Shown one piece after another: positions 28,530-39,912 of a DNA stretch of 64,000 nucleotides. The position numbers and the translations under genes are program-made. The notes under the pieces are model-generated. The model had not been told where the DNA came from, did not search any database, and saw only the letters and a list, made by a program, of their open reading frames with translations. The stretch is from Candidatus Nanoarchaeia archaeon (GTDB lineage Archaea; Nanobdellota; Nanobdellia; Tiddalikarchaeales; Tiddalikarchaeaceae): positions 66,728-130,727 of the forward strand of contig JBAZFK010000001.1 in the NCBI GenBank assembly GCA_041653395.1, read 5' to 3'. The first letter of the stretch is position 1. Every line of letters begins with the position of its first letter.

Positions 28530-30338
28530 ATGACTGAAGTATTTTTTAATGGAGTAATAATCGGAACAGTAAAAGAGCCAAAAGAATTCGTGGATAATTT
28601 AATCAAGCTAAGAAGAAATAATGGAATAACAAATAGTTTAAATGTTCATTATGATTCAAAAGCAGATTCAATAGAAGTATTAACAGAGGCAGGAAGAACA
28701 AGAAGGCCATTAATAATTATTGAAAACGGCAAATCAAAATTAACAAATGAGATTGTAGAAAAAGTAAAAAGCGGAATGATAAAATGGAATGATTTGGTAA
28801 AAATGGGAATTGTTGAATATTTGGATGCTGAAGAGGAAGAATCAGCTTATATTGCCTTAGATGAAAAGGACTTGAATCCTAGGCATACTCATTTGGAGAT
28901 AATAAAAGCAGCAATACTTGGAAGCCAGGCAAACTTGGCGCCATTCTCAGACCATAACGCAACAAATAGGGTAATGCTTGCGGCAAAAATGATTACTCAA
29001 GGGCTCGGAATCTACACAACCAATTATAATCTAAGGATTGACAGCGATGTAAGCATAATGCACTATCCCCAAAAGCCAGTAGTTGACACAGTGATTTATG
29101 ACAACGTGAAATTTGACAGCCACCCTGTTGGGCAAAACATAATCATTGCAGTAATGACTAGCGAAGGGTACAACATGGATGACTCAATAATCTTCAACAA
29201 AGACAGCGTTAATCTAGGATTATTCCGTTCAACTTTTTTTAAGCCATATAATTGCGAAGAATTAAGGTATTCAGGTGAAAAAGATGAAATAACGAGGCTG
29301 CCTGACCCTGAAAAAGGAGTCACTAAATTAAGGGGAATGGAATCAGATTATGCGAAATTAGAGGATGATGGAATAATTTATCCAGAAGCTCAAATCTTTC
29401 CAAACAGCGTATTAGTCGGAAAAGTAAGCCCTCCAAGATTCTCAATGGGAACTGAAGAGTTCAGGATGGAAATGAAAGACAAGAATGACTCAAGCATTGC
29501 ATGCGAAAGGGAAACTGGAAAAGTTGACTCAGTAATATTAACGGAATCAGAGGAAGGAAACAAGTTCGTAAACATAAGATTAAGGCAGGCAAGAACTCCA
29601 GAGATAGGCGACAAGTTTGCAACAAGGCACGGGCAGAAAGGAGTAATAGGAATGCTTGTCCCAAAAAAAGATATGCCATTTACATGCGAAGGAATCTTCC
29701 CTGATGTAATCTTCAGCCCCCACAGTATACCTTCAAGAATGACTGTCGGGCAATTAATTGAGGTAATTGCAGGAAAAGTGGGAGCATTAGCAGGAAGGCA
29801 CATTGACGGAACAATCTTCACAGGAGAAAGCGAAAAAGACTTAAGAAGCCAGCTTCATGAGCTAGGTTTCAGGGAAAATGGCTCAGAAACATTATATGAC
29901 GGAAAAACAGGAAGAATGCTTAATGTCAGAATATTTGTCGGAAATATTTATTATATGAGATTAAAATACATGGTTTCAAACAAATACCATATGAGAACAA
30001 GAGGTCCAGTGCAGCTTTTAACAAGGCAGCCAACAGAAGGAAGAAGCAAAGAAGGAGGACTAAGGCTTGGGGAAATGGAAAAGGATGTATTAGTTGCTCA
30101 TGGAGCAGCATTGCTACTTAAGGAAAGGTTTGATTCAGATAAGGAAATAATGCCAGTATGCACTAAGTGCGGAATGATAGCTTACCTGAATTATTACAGA
30201 AACAAAGGAGTATGCAGCATTTGCGGAGAAGATGCTCCAGTAACCTTTATAGAGATGAGCTACGCATTCAAATTACTGCTGGATGAATTAAAGAGCTTAT
30301 GCATCTATCCAAAACTAAATATTGATTACAAGGACTGA
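28530..30338 (+). CDS. rpoB1: RNA polymerase subunit B' (C-terminal half of the split B subunit).
   Basis: It has the Rpb2 C-terminal motifs GDKFATRHGQKG, the hybrid-binding region, and a C-terminal Zn-ribbon CTKCG...CSICG. Confidence 0.9.
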   Translation: MTEVFFNGVIIGTVKEPKEFVDNLIKLRRNNGITNSLNVHYDSKADSIEVLTEAGRTRRPLIIIENGKSKLTNEIVEKVKSGMIKWNDLVKMGIVEYLDAEEEESAYIALDEKDLNPRHTHLEIIKAAILGSQANLAPFSDHNATNRVMLAAKMITQGLGIYTTNYNLRIDSDVSIMHYPQKPVVDTVIYDNVKFDSHPVGQNIIIAVMTSEGYNMDDSIIFNKDSVNLGLFRSTFFKPYNCEELRYSGEKDEITRLPDPEKGVTKLRGMESDYAKLEDDGIIYPEAQIFPNSVLVGKVSPPRFSMGTEEFRMEMKDKNDSSIACERETGKVDSVILTESEEGNKFVNIRLRQARTPEIGDKFATRHGQKGVIGMLVPKKDMPFTCEGIFPDVIFSPHSIPSRMTVGQLIEVIAGKVGALAGRHIDGTIFTGESEKDLRSQLHELGFRENGSETLYDGKTGRMLNVRIFVGNIYYMRLKYMVSNKYHMRTRGPVQLLTRQPTEGRSKEGGLRLGEMEKDVLVAHGAALLLKERFDSDKEIMPVCTKCGMIAYLNYYRNKGVCSICGEDAPVTFIEMSYAFKLLLDELKSLCIYPKLNIDYKD

Positions 30339-30344
30339 TAAAAA

Positions 30345-32936
30345 ATGATAAATGTTGTTAAAGAAAAAATAAAAAGTATTGAATTCAGAGTGCTAAGCCC
30401 TGAAATGATTAAAAAAATGAGTGTTGTAAAGCTTATAACCCCAGAATTATACGACGCTGACGGCTACCCAATAGAGGGAGGATTAATGAATCTAAGAATG
30501 GGAGTAATAGAACCAGGATTAAGATGCAGAACTTGCGGCGGAAGAGTAAAAGAATGCCCAGGCCACTTTGGATACATAGAATTAGCCAGGCCAGTTCTTC
30601 ATATCAAATATTTGGAGTTTTTATACAGCGCTTTAAGAAGCACCTGCACGCATTGCGGAAAAATAGCATTAGATGAAAAAACTTTAGAGAAACTGAAATT
30701 AAAAATTAAGCTAACAGAGAAGCACCAAGGAGAATTAGAGGCATGGAAAGTATCAAAAGAGATAATATCAAAGGCGAAGAATTCACTAGTCTGCCCTCAT
30801 TGCGGAGAAAAAAGAATCAAGATTAAGCTAAAAAAACCTTACTTTTTTTACGAAGACAAAACAAGAATAACCCCAATTGATATAAGGGAAAGGGTTGAAA
30901 AAATAAGCGACGAAGACTGCTTACTGCTTGGGCTTAACGCAGTTGGAGGAAGGCCGGAATGGATGGTATTAACTAACCTGCCAGTGCCTCCAGTAACAGT
31001 AAGGCCGTCAATAACATTAGAAAGCGGGCAAAAATCAGAGGATGACTTAACCCATAAATTAGCTGATATAGTAAGAGCTAACCAAAGGTTAGCAGAGAAT
31101 CTGAATGCAGGAGCTCCTGAAATAATCATTGAAGACTTATGGGATTTACTCCAATACCACATCACCACATTTTTCTCAAATGAAAACAGCCAAATTCCTC
31201 CAGCAAGGCACAAGAATGGAAGAGCGCTAAAGACCTTGTCAGAAAGAATAAAAAGCAAGGAAGGAAGATTCAGGAAAAACTTGGCAGGAAAAAGGGTTAA
31301 TTTCAGCGCAAGAAGCGTTGTTTCTCCAGAGCCAAACATCAGGGCTAATGAAGTTGGAGTTCCTCAAGTTATGGCAAACGAATTAACAGTTCCTGAAAGA
31401 GTAACCAGCTGGAATATTGAATGGCTAAAAAAATTAGTGAATAATTACCCAAAATATCCCTGCGCGTTATATATTTTCTCAGCTGACGGCAAGAAGAAAA
31501 AAGTGACTGAAGAAAGCAAAGAATTAATAATCTCAGAGTTAGCTCATGGCTACTCAGTTGAAAGAACAATAATGAATGGGGATACAGTATTATTTAACAG
31601 GCAGCCAAGCCTTCACAGAATGAGCATAATGGCCCACAAAGTAATAGTTTTGCCTGGAAACACATTCAGAGTCAACCCCTTAGTGACTGACCCTTACAAC
31701 GCAGATTTTGATGGTGATGATATGAACTTACATGTTCCGCAGACAGAGGAAGCAAGAGCTGAAGCAGATGAATTAATGGAAGTTAACACTCAAATAATAA
31801 GCCCAAGATACGGATTGCCTATTATAGGCTGCAAGCAAGACCACTTAAGCGGACTGTATTTGCTTACAAGGCAAGGGGAAATGTTTGACAAAGAAGAAGC
31901 ATTCCAATTATTAACAAGAGCGGGAGTCTATGATGCTGAACTAAAATTTGACAAATCAGGAAAAGTTAGCGGAAAAGAAATCTTCTCAAGCATGCTGCCA
32001 AAAGACTTTAATTATATTGGAAAAAGCGGAGTAAAAGAAGAGCAAAACCCTGATGTAATAGTGAAAATAGTTAATGGAAAACTAATAAGTGGAGTAATAG
32101 ATGACAAAAGTGTTGGTTCAAAAAAAGGATTAATGCTTGCAGAGATAGTTAAAAACTATGAAAGAGAAGATGTTAATTTATACCTGCAAAGAATGTCCCT
32201 TCTAGGAATAGCAGTATTAGACATTAAAGGCTTCACAGTTCTAAGCAGTGATTCAGACTTGCCTGATAAGACTGTTGTTGAAATAAGAAAAGAATTGAAA
32301 GAGTCAATTGAAAAAGTCAACAGCGACATTGAAAGCTTCAAGAAAAAAGACATGATTGCCTTGCCAGGAAGAACGCTAAGAGAGACATTAGAGCAAAAAA
32401 TAATCAACTCATTAAACAATGCCCGTAACAAAGTAGGATTGCTCGTTTTAAAGAATGCTTCAAAAGATAACTGCAGCATAATAATGTCTAGCAGCGGAGC
32501 AAAAGGAAATGTATTAAACCTTGCCCAAATGGCTGGCTGCGTAGGACAGCAAGTACTTAGAGGATTCAGATTCAAAAGAGGATACAGCGGAAGAGTATTG
32601 CCTCATTTCAGGAAAAATGATTTAGGAGCAATGTCAAGAGGATTCATAAGGCATGGTTATAAGGCAGGGCTTAATCCTACAGAGTTTTTCTTCCATGGAA
32701 TCACTTCAAGAGATTCGCAAATGGATACCAGCCTTAGAACTCCAACAAGTGGTTACTTCCAAAGAAGATTGATTAATGCATTGCAGGATTTCAAAGTTTA
32801 TAATGACTTAAGCGTAAGAACCAGCGATGGAAACATCATACAATTCAAAAGTGGAGAGGATGGAATAGATGTTTCAAAAAGTGACGCCGGAAAAATTGAC
32901 ATTGATTTAATAGTAAAGAAGGTGCTTGAATTATGA
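30345..32936 (+). CDS. rpoA1: RNA polymerase subunit A'.
   Basis: It has the catalytic [12 protein letters not shown] and an N-terminal Zn-binding CRTCG...CPGHFG. Confidence 0.9.
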   Translation: MINVVKEKIKSIEFRVLSPEMIKKMSVVKLITPELYDADGYPIEGGLMNLRMGVIEPGLRCRTCGGRVKECPGHFGYIELARPVLHIKYLEFLYSALRSTCTHCGKIALDEKTLEKLKLKIKLTEKHQGELEAWKVSKEIISKAKNSLVCPHCGEKRIKIKLKKPYFFYEDKTRITPIDIRERVEKISDEDCLLLGLNAVGGRPEWMVLTNLPVPPVTVRPSITLESGQKSEDDLTHKLADIVRANQRLAENLNAGAPEIIIEDLWDLLQYHITTFFSNENSQIPPARHKNGRALKTLSERIKSKEGRFRKNLAGKRVNFSARSVVSPEPNIRANEVGVPQVMANELTVPERVTSWNIEWLKKLVNNYPKYPCALYIFSADGKKKKVTEESKELIISELAHGYSVERTIMNGDTVLFNRQPSLHRMSIMAHKVIVLPGNTFRVNPLVTDPYNADFDGDDMNLHVPQTEEARAEADELMEVNTQIISPRYGLPIIGCKQDHLSGLYLLTRQGEMFDKEEAFQLLTRAGVYDAELKFDKSGKVSGKEIFSSMLPKDFNYIGKSGVKEEQNPDVIVKIVNGKLISGVIDDKSVGSKKGLMLAEIVKNYEREDVNLYLQRMSLLGIAVLDIKGFTVLSSDSDLPDKTVVEIRKELKESIEKVNSDIESFKKKDMIALPGRTLRETLEQKIINSLNNARNKVGLLVLKNASKDNCSIIMSSSGAKGNVLNLAQMAGCVGQQVLRGFRFKRGYSGRVLPHFRKNDLGAMSRGFIRHGYKAGLNPTEFFFHGITSRDSQMDTSLRTPTSGYFQRRLINALQDFKVYNDLSVRTSDGNIIQFKSGEDGIDVSKSDAGKIDIDLIVKKVLEL

Positions 32937-34069
32937 AAATGGATGATGCTGAAAAAATCCTGCCAAAAAGCATGATTGAAGAGCTTAAAAGTAAAATTGA
33001 AGAATATAAGATTACTAACTCAAAAAAGATTGAGACAATAATAGATGAAGTGCTGAAATCTTATGACAAAGCACTGATTTGCCCAGCTGAAAGCATTGGA
33101 ATAATCTCAGCGCAAAGCATTGGAGAGCCAGGCACCCAGATGACATTAAACACTAAGCATTTCGCAGGAGTTAGCGAAATGAATGAAACAAAAGGGCTTC
33201 CTCGTATTATTGAAATCTTTGGAGCAAGAAAACAAAGCTCAACCCCAGGCATGAAGATTTATTTGAAAAAACCCTTCAATAATGATGAGAAATTTGTAAG
33301 GCAATTCAGCGCCAACATCATCGAAACATTGCTTAGGGATATAAGCAAGGAAATAAATGTTGATCTGATTAATTTCAGGGTTGAAGTTGTGCTTGACTTG
33401 GATGAAATGAGAAACATGAGCATTTCAATGGATACAATACTCAGCCAAATCGGAGCTAGCAAGATAAAAGCAGAGATAAAAGATGAAGGGAACAAGATTT
33501 ATCTTAACTCAAAAGTTCAGGAAGTGGACTCACTATTCAAGTTAAAAGTTCAGGCTTCAGAGATTTTTATCAGCGGAATAAAAGACATAAAGCAAGTCTT
33601 GCCCCAGAAAAAAATCAACGAATTCATAATAACAACAGCAGGAAGCAACCTAAAGCAAATACTAAACCTTCCTAATGTAGACACTCAAAGAACAATAACT
33701 AATGATGTTTTTGAGCTAAACAAAGTATTGGGTGTTGAAGCGGCAAGAACAGCAATAGTTGAAGAAGTAATGAATGTATTTAATGAGCAAGGATTATCAA
33801 TAGATATAAGGCACTTGATGCTAATGGCTGATGTCATGACTCATGATGGAATAGTAAAAGGAATAGGAAGATACGGAGTTAGCGGGCAAAAATCAAGCGT
33901 TTTAGCAAGAGCAAGCTTTGAAGTCGCATTAAAGCACTTGTTTTCAGCAGCAGTTCATAGTGAAGTGGATGAGCTTACAGGTGTTGTAGAAAATGTAATG
34001 ATAAACCAGCCAATACCTGTTGGAACAGGAGCATACAAGTTAAAACTAAAAGAGGTTAAGAAAAAATGA
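32933..34069 (+). CDS. rpoA2: RNA polymerase subunit A''.
   Basis: The length is 378 aa, with an Rpb1 C-terminal trigger-loop region. The start overlaps the rpoA1 stop. Confidence 0.9.
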   Translation: MKMDDAEKILPKSMIEELKSKIEEYKITNSKKIETIIDEVLKSYDKALICPAESIGIISAQSIGEPGTQMTLNTKHFAGVSEMNETKGLPRIIEIFGARKQSSTPGMKIYLKKPFNNDEKFVRQFSANIIETLLRDISKEINVDLINFRVEVVLDLDEMRNMSISMDTILSQIGASKIKAEIKDEGNKIYLNSKVQEVDSLFKLKVQASEIFISGIKDIKQVLPQKKINEFIITTAGSNLKQILNLPNVDTQRTITNDVFELNKVLGVEAARTAIVEEVMNVFNEQGLSIDIRHLMLMADVMTHDGIVKGIGRYGVSGQKSSVLARASFEVALKHLFSAAVHSEVDELTGVVENVMINQPIPVGTGAYKLKLKEVKKK

Positions 34070-34332
34070 ATGCAATAGATAGTATAAAAAAAGCAATAAG
34101 TGATAATAAATTGTTGATAGGGGAAAATTCCACAAAAAGAGCTCTTAAAGGGGGGAAAATTTCAATGGTTGTTGTTTCAAAGAATGTGCCAAGCGTTGTT
34201 GAAAAAGAGCTTGAATCATTATGCAAAATTGGAAAATGCGAATTCGCAAAATTAGATAAAGATAATCTAGAATTAGGAGTTACTTGCAGGAAACCTTTCG
34301 GAGTCTCAGTTCTTTCAATTAAAAAGGGATAA
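34066..34332 (+). CDS. rpl30e: 50S ribosomal protein L30e.
   Basis: It is an 88-aa L7Ae/L30e-fold protein at the conserved position after rpoA''. Confidence 0.75.
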   Translation: MNAIDSIKKAISDNKLLIGENSTKRALKGGKISMVVVSKNVPSVVEKELESLCKIGKCEFAKLDKDNLELGVTCRKPFGVSVLSIKKG

Positions 34333-34337
34333 ATAAT

Positions 34338-34748
34338 ATGTCAAATGTGATAAAACTAGATTCAGATCAAATACAGAAACTGGCAATTTTTGAATCAATA
34401 ACAAGAACTAGCCTAAAAGATTTCTTAGAGGATGAAACCGAATTAACTTTTATTGTGAATTCAAAAGATTTAGGAAAAGCAATAGGCAAAGGCGCAAGCA
34501 ATGTTAAAACTTTAGAGAACAAATTCAAAAAAAGAGTGCTAATGCTCGGGTTTGAGCCTGATTATCAGGACTTTGCAAGAAACATTTTTAAGCCAATAAC
34601 TATAAAAAATATGTCACTGCAAAATGATTTATTGAACATAACAATATTCGGTTCACAAATGGCCTTTCCAAGCAAAAAGGTTAAAAAGGCTAAAATACTT
34701 TTAACAAAGTATTTTGATAATATAAAAGACATAATGGTTAAGGTATAA
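34338..34748 (+). CDS. nusA: Archaeal NusA-like transcription termination factor (KH domains).
   Basis: It has the KH GxxG motif [13 protein letters not shown]. The length is 136 aa, at the conserved position. Confidence 0.7.
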   Translation: MSNVIKLDSDQIQKLAIFESITRTSLKDFLEDETELTFIVNSKDLGKAIGKGASNVKTLENKFKKRVLMLGFEPDYQDFARNIFKPITIKNMSLQNDLLNITIFGSQMAFPSKKVKKAKILLTKYFDNIKDIMVKV

Positions 34749-34752
34749 AACA

Positions 34753-35190
34753 ATGGCGAAAAAAACAAGAGGCTTATTTGCTGGAAAACAGCTGGAAAAG
34801 AGAAGAGAGAAATTTCAATATGCCAGAAAAGGCTCAAGAGAGCAGGATTATGGGCTGTGGAAAAAATTCGACCCAATGCAGGGAGCTCCAGCAGCAAAAG
34901 GAATTGTTGTAAAAAAGAAAACTGTTGAAAAAAAGCAGCCACACTCAGGTTTAATCAAATGTGTCAGCGTCCAGTTAATAAAAAATGGCAAAGTAGTAAC
35001 AGCATTTGTTCCAGGAGACGGAGCTATAAAATATGTTGATGAGCATAATGAAGTAGTTATTGAAAGAATCGGTGCTCCGCAAAGAGGAGCAAAAGGTGAC
35101 ATTCCAGGAGTTAAATTCAAGGTTATAAAAGTTGCAGGCAAGTCATTGAATGAGCTGCTTAAAAACAAGAAAGAGGAAGTTAAGAAATGA
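34753..35190 (+). CDS. rps12: 30S ribosomal protein S12 (uS12).
   Basis: It has the conserved [23 protein letters not shown]. Confidence 0.9.
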   Translation: MAKKTRGLFAGKQLEKRREKFQYARKGSREQDYGLWKKFDPMQGAPAAKGIVVKKKTVEKKQPHSGLIKCVSVQLIKNGKVVTAFVPGDGAIKYVDEHNEVVIERIGAPQRGAKGDIPGVKFKVIKVAGKSLNELLKNKKEEVKK

Positions 35191-35777
35191 TGTTATTTAA
35201 CAAATATGACACAAGCAATGTAGTTGTAGGAGACCCTGGGTTAGTCAGGTATATTAATTTAAAGCAAGTTGTTGTTCCAAAAAGCCAGGGAAGGAATGTT
35301 AAGAAAAGATTCTGGAAAAGCAAATGCCACATTATTGAAAGATTAATGCTAAAAATGGCAGTTGCAGGGCATAAAGGAAAGAAACACTGGAGAACAAGCG
35401 GAAGAAACACAGGAAAATACACTGTTCAGCAAAAAATAATAATGGATGCTTTGGATATTATAGAGAAAAAAACCAAAAAGAACCCAGTGCAAGTCTTAGT
35501 TGACGGCATTGCCAACTCAAGTCCATGTGCAGAAATCACAGTAATAGAATATGGAGGCATGAAGCATCCTAAAGCAGTTGATGTTGCTCCTCAAAGAAGA
35601 ATTGACCTAGCGCTTAGGTGGATTAGCCAAGGAACTTACCAAGCATGCGCTAACAAAAAAATCAATTATGCCCAAGCTTTAGCTGCTACTTTAATGCAGG
35701 CAGCAGAAAATGACATAAAAAGCTTCTCATTAAGCAAAAAGAATGAGACAGAAAGGCAGGCAGCAGCAAGCAGATAA
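35187..35777 (+). CDS. rps7: 30S ribosomal protein S7 (uS7).
   Basis: The length is 196 aa. It contains [11 protein letters not shown] and [16 protein letters not shown]. Confidence 0.85.
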   Translation: MMLFNKYDTSNVVVGDPGLVRYINLKQVVVPKSQGRNVKKRFWKSKCHIIERLMLKMAVAGHKGKKHWRTSGRNTGKYTVQQKIIMDALDIIEKKTKKNPVQVLVDGIANSSPCAEITVIEYGGMKHPKAVDVAPQRRIDLALRWISQGTYQACANKKINYAQALAATLMQAAENDIKSFSLSKKNETERQAAASR

Positions 35778-35830
35778 AACGATTTAATTTTTGATTACTT
35801 TTTTAAACCTTCAATTATTATTTTTAATCA

Positions 35831-37444
35831 ATGAAGTCAATCACTCCAGTAGTCAGTGTTATCTTAATGGTATTAATTACAATAGTAGCAAGTGTTAGTG
35901 CTTTCTTTTTTATTAATTCAAATGTTTTAGATTTAGAATCGCAGGGCAATTTAGACAATTATCCAGGAGCTGACAATTCAAGGCTTAATTTAGTCTCAAT
36001 CACCGGAAGCAAGGCAATTGTCAGGAATGACGGCTCAAGCCCAGTTAATGAAGTCATAGTTTTTATCAATGGCGAAATGTTCAACTACTCATTAGACACT
36101 CCACTTTTGCCAGGAGAATACAAAGAAATCACTTACACACCTCAATTAATCTCAAGGGATTTGGAAATAAAAATGATTTATAATAATGGAAAAATAGCCC
36201 AGCAAACAAGCCCTGCAAGGGTTAATACAGAAAATTCCGGATTCGTTGACTCGCATTGCCCTGACAATATTTGTGACATTGAAGGGGGAGAAACTCTTAT
36301 TAACTGCTTTCTTGATTGCGGAACAAAAATCTCTATGCACCAGCATGAAAACTTTGATGGAACAAATGATGCAATAATAAAAGTTGAAAGAATAGTTAAT
36401 GAAGACGGAATATTTTTCGGGAACAGAAGCGTTGTTTATTCTCCAGGGGATGAATTAGTTAATGACAGGGAAAATTTTTTGGATAATAACTACTGTTTCA
36501 GCTTATTTGGATATGAAGAGAACTTAAAATATTTTTATTATGACGGAACCCAATTTTCAGAGCTTATGAATCTCACTAATTTAAGGAATACTCATGAATC
36601 AAGAGCTGTCAGGGCAAATAATAATGTGCATATAATGTTCATAAATTGCACAACTTCTTATAATAGTGGATGCGATTTAGTTTACCTTAATTGGAGCGTC
36701 TCTAATGGTTTTTCAAGCTTTGAAAAAATAACTGATTTAGGTTTGGTTGAATCCGAGTTCTATGAAAGTGATAATGTTGAATCCCCCATCATTTCAGTAA
36801 GCAACAATGAAAATTATAAATTAGCTGCATGGATTAATTCAGGAATAATAAATTACACAGTTTATAATAACATCTGGAATGAAATAAGCACCCTAATAAT
36901 TGACCCTGATGTTGATGAATTATTATCAGCAAGGATAAACAATCAAGGACACATAATAATGATTTATTATAATAATTCAGAAAACCAGATAATATACTAT
37001 AATGGCTCTGATTGGGAAAAATTAGACAATAGTCTTTTTTTATCAAGCTCGCTTATAAGAGCTGAAGCCTTAGATGATTCCTTTATAATAATGTATCAAT
37101 CAGGAGCTTATTTTAATTCAACACTTTTATCAAATAATGAATACTCAAATATTCAGCGCATACTCAATGAATCATCTGCAGTTGTAATGCCTTTTAAGAC
37201 AAAATATGATTACATTATCGGATTTGTGATAAGGCCTAATGGGCATGGCACAAGTTTATTTTATGATTCCTCAGATAATTCATGGAAGAACCCAATTAAT
37301 GTGACAATTTCAGGAGGACCCATACCTGCTTGCGAAAAATATGAAAGATATTCTGGAGAGTGCTCAACTGAAACTTGGTGCAATGACAGCGTTGACAACG
37401 ATGAAGACGGGTTATATGATAATGATGACTCTGACTGCCCATAA
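35831..37444 (+). CDS. Archaeal type-IV-pilin-like (class III signal peptide) surface protein with an acidic Cys-containing C-terminus.
   Basis: The N-terminal MKSITPVVSVILMVLITIVASVSAFFF matches the archaeal flagellin/pilin N-terminal domain. The C-terminus is DNDEDGLYDNDDSDCP. Confidence 0.4.
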   Translation: MKSITPVVSVILMVLITIVASVSAFFFINSNVLDLESQGNLDNYPGADNSRLNLVSITGSKAIVRNDGSSPVNEVIVFINGEMFNYSLDTPLLPGEYKEITYTPQLISRDLEIKMIYNNGKIAQQTSPARVNTENSGFVDSHCPDNICDIEGGETLINCFLDCGTKISMHQHENFDGTNDAIIKVERIVNEDGIFFGNRSVVYSPGDELVNDRENFLDNNYCFSLFGYEENLKYFYYDGTQFSELMNLTNLRNTHESRAVRANNNVHIMFINCTTSYNSGCDLVYLNWSVSNGFSSFEKITDLGLVESEFYESDNVESPIISVSNNENYKLAAWINSGIINYTVYNNIWNEISTLIIDPDVDELLSARINNQGHIIMIYYNNSENQIIYYNGSDWEKLDNSLFLSSSLIRAEALDDSFIIMYQSGAYFNSTLLSNNEYSNIQRILNESSAVVMPFKTKYDYIIGFVIRPNGHGTSLFYDSSDNSWKNPINVTISGGPIPACEKYERYSGECSTETWCNDSVDNDEDGLYDNDDSDCP

Positions 37445-37514
37445 AATTATACAACAATCTGTTAACACTATTTCAAGCTTATTTTGCTATTTTACACAAT
37501 TTTATGCGATTAAT

Positions 37515-37528
37515 CCCTTTCCAAAGGG
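37515..37528 (+). terminator. GC-rich hairpin (CCCTT-TCCA-AAGGG) followed by a T-rich tract, between the pilin-like gene and EF-2.
   Basis: I saw it in the sequence. It is a GC-rich stem in an otherwise AT-rich intergenic region. Confidence 0.25.
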
Positions 37529-37598
37529 TTAAATTTATAAAATCTTCCTAATTTTCTTTAATCTAATAAAAAAAAATAAATTAGGGTGAAAAAATTTT

Positions 37599-39788
37599 AT
37601 GGCAAAAAATGAAGGCATAAGCTTAGTGGATTTGATGCATACTCCTAAAAAGATAAGGAATTTAGGGATTATTGCGCATATTGACCACGGAAAAAGCACA
37701 TTATCCGACTCATTGTTAGCAGGAGCAGGATTATTAAGTTCAAGAATTGCAGGGCAAGCAAGGGCAACTGATACTTTGGAAGAAGAGCAGGCAAGGGGAA
37801 TAACTATTTTAGCCAGCGCTGTGACAATGGTTCATCATTTTGAGAATGATTATTTTTTAATAAATTTATTAGACACTCCAGGTCATGTTGATTTTGGTGG
37901 AGAAGTATCAAGGTCTTTAAGGGCTGTTGACGGAGCACTCGTTGTTGTGTGCGCAGTTGAAGGATGCATGCCTCAGACTGAAACTGTTTTAAAGCAGGCA
38001 ATAAGGGAGAGGGTAAAGCCAGTATTATTTATCAACAAAGTTGACAGGATGATAAAGGAGCAGAAATTAACTCCTGAAAAAATGCAGGAAAAATTTATAA
38101 GTATTATAAATAAAATCAATAAAATGATTGTAAGCTTAGCGCCTCCAGAGTTCAAGGAATCATGGCAGGTAAGAGTGCAGGATGGAAGCGTTGCTTTCGG
38201 TTCAGCTCACAGCAAATGGGCTTTAAGTGCAGGATACATGAAAAAAACCGGGTTAGGTTTCAAGAATGTCATAGAAGCTTACAGCGGAACTGAAGATGAG
38301 AAGAAGGAAAAAATTGAGCAATTAGCTTTGAAAGCCCCTCTTCATGAAGTAGTTTTAGACATGACTATTCACCATCTTCCAAACCCGGAGGAAGCCCAAA
38401 AATACAGGGTTCCTCATTTGTGGAAAGGGGATTTGGAATCAGATGTTGGTAAATCATTGAAAAATTGCGACCCAAAAGGCAAGACTGTTTTTATAGCAAC
38501 TAAAGTGAAAACTGACCCAACTTTTGGGGAGTTAGTCTTTGGAAGAGTATTCTCAGGAACATTAAGGCAGGGACAGGAGTTATACATGTCCCAAAAGCAG
38601 GAAACCCAGAAAGCCCAGAAAGTTTTTATAATGGTTTGCGACAAGAGAACTCCATTAGATGAAATACCTGTTGGCTGCACTTGCGCAATCATAGGAATAA
38701 AGGATGCAACAAGCGGCGAAACCTTAAGCGAAGGAGTAGTCACTCCTTTTGAAGGAATAAAGCACATCTTTGATGCAGTAGTAACTAAAGCTATTGAAGC
38801 CAAGAATCCTTCAGATTTGCCTAAACTAATACAGGCATTAAGGGAAGTTAACAAGGAAGACCCAACAATTAATATTAAAATAAATGAAGAAACAGGAGAG
38901 TACTTGATAGCAGGATTAGGTGAATTGCATTTAGAGGATGTTATTGACAGAAGAATAATCAAGGAAAGAAAAGTGCAAGTAAAAGCAAGCCCTCCAATAG
39001 TTGTTTACAGGGAAGGAGTAAGCGCCAAGAACCCTAATCCTATTGAAGGAAAAAGCCCCAACAAGCACAACAAGTTCTACATCTATGTTTCTCCACTTGA
39101 ACCAGGAGTTATTGAAGGAATAAAGGACGGCAGAATTGCAGAAGGAAGGGCAAAAAAATTCCCTAAAGATTTCTGGAAAGCCTTGAATGAATGCGGAATG
39201 GATAAGGATGAAGCAAGGGCTGTAAAAGACATCTTTCAAGGAAACATTTTCATTGACTCAACCAAAGGTGAGGTTCACATGATTGAAATCATGGAGTCAG
39301 TTCTTGAAGCTTTTGAAGCAGTGATGAGAGAAGGGCCATTATGCAGGGAGCCAGTTCAAGGTGTTAAAGTAACACTTGTTGATGTTAAGATGCATGAAGA
39401 TTCAATTCACAGGGGTCCAGCTCAAATCATTCCAGCAGTAAGGGATGGATTAAAGGAGGCATTCAGGGAGGCTAAGCCTACAATGCTTGAGCCAGTTCAG
39501 GACATAAGAATTGACGCGCCTAACCAATACTTAGGAAATATCTCCAAATTGATTGGAGCAAGAAGAGGGCAATTGCTTGACTCCCAGTTTGAAGGTGAAG
39601 AATTAATAGTATTAGCAAAAGTACCTGTTGCTGAAAGCTTCGGTTTCACAGGGGATTTAAGAAGCGTCACTGAAGGAAGAGGAGTATGGAGCTTAATGGA
39701 ATCAAAGTTTGAAAAGCTTCCTAGCTCGCTGCAGGCAGGAGTAATCCAGTCAATAAGAACAAGGAAAGGATTATCTGAGAATCAGTAA
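37599..39788 (+). CDS. fusA: Elongation factor 2 (aEF-2).
   Basis: It has G1 AHIDHGKST, G3 DTPGHVDF, and the diphthamide His context DSIHRGP. Confidence 0.9.
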   Translation: MAKNEGISLVDLMHTPKKIRNLGIIAHIDHGKSTLSDSLLAGAGLLSSRIAGQARATDTLEEEQARGITILASAVTMVHHFENDYFLINLLDTPGHVDFGGEVSRSLRAVDGALVVVCAVEGCMPQTETVLKQAIRERVKPVLFINKVDRMIKEQKLTPEKMQEKFISIINKINKMIVSLAPPEFKESWQVRVQDGSVAFGSAHSKWALSAGYMKKTGLGFKNVIEAYSGTEDEKKEKIEQLALKAPLHEVVLDMTIHHLPNPEEAQKYRVPHLWKGDLESDVGKSLKNCDPKGKTVFIATKVKTDPTFGELVFGRVFSGTLRQGQELYMSQKQETQKAQKVFIMVCDKRTPLDEIPVGCTCAIIGIKDATSGETLSEGVVTPFEGIKHIFDAVVTKAIEAKNPSDLPKLIQALREVNKEDPTINIKINEETGEYLIAGLGELHLEDVIDRRIIKERKVQVKASPPIVVYREGVSAKNPNPIEGKSPNKHNKFYIYVSPLEPGVIEGIKDGRIAEGRAKKFPKDFWKALNECGMDKDEARAVKDIFQGNIFIDSTKGEVHMIEIMESVLEAFEAVMREGPLCREPVQGVKVTLVDVKMHEDSIHRGPAQIIPAVRDGLKEAFREAKPTMLEPVQDIRIDAPNQYLGNISKLIGARRGQLLDSQFEGEELIVLAKVPVAESFGFTGDLRSVTEGRGVWSLMESKFEKLPSSLQAGVIQSIRTRKGLSENQ

Positions 39789-39912
39789 AGCTTATTAGCT
39801 TTACTTTTTTATTTATTTTTTTAAATAACTATTTAAACCAATCAAAATCTTTAAAAAAGCATAATAGTATTCATAACTATATAAAAAAACTATTAAAAAG
39901 GTGAAATGAAAT

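Noticed and set aside
29390-31339. Several 60-160-aa antisense ORFs lie inside rpoB' and rpoA'.
   Set aside because: They overlap highly conserved RNAP coding sequence on the opposite strand. They are typical shadow ORFs.
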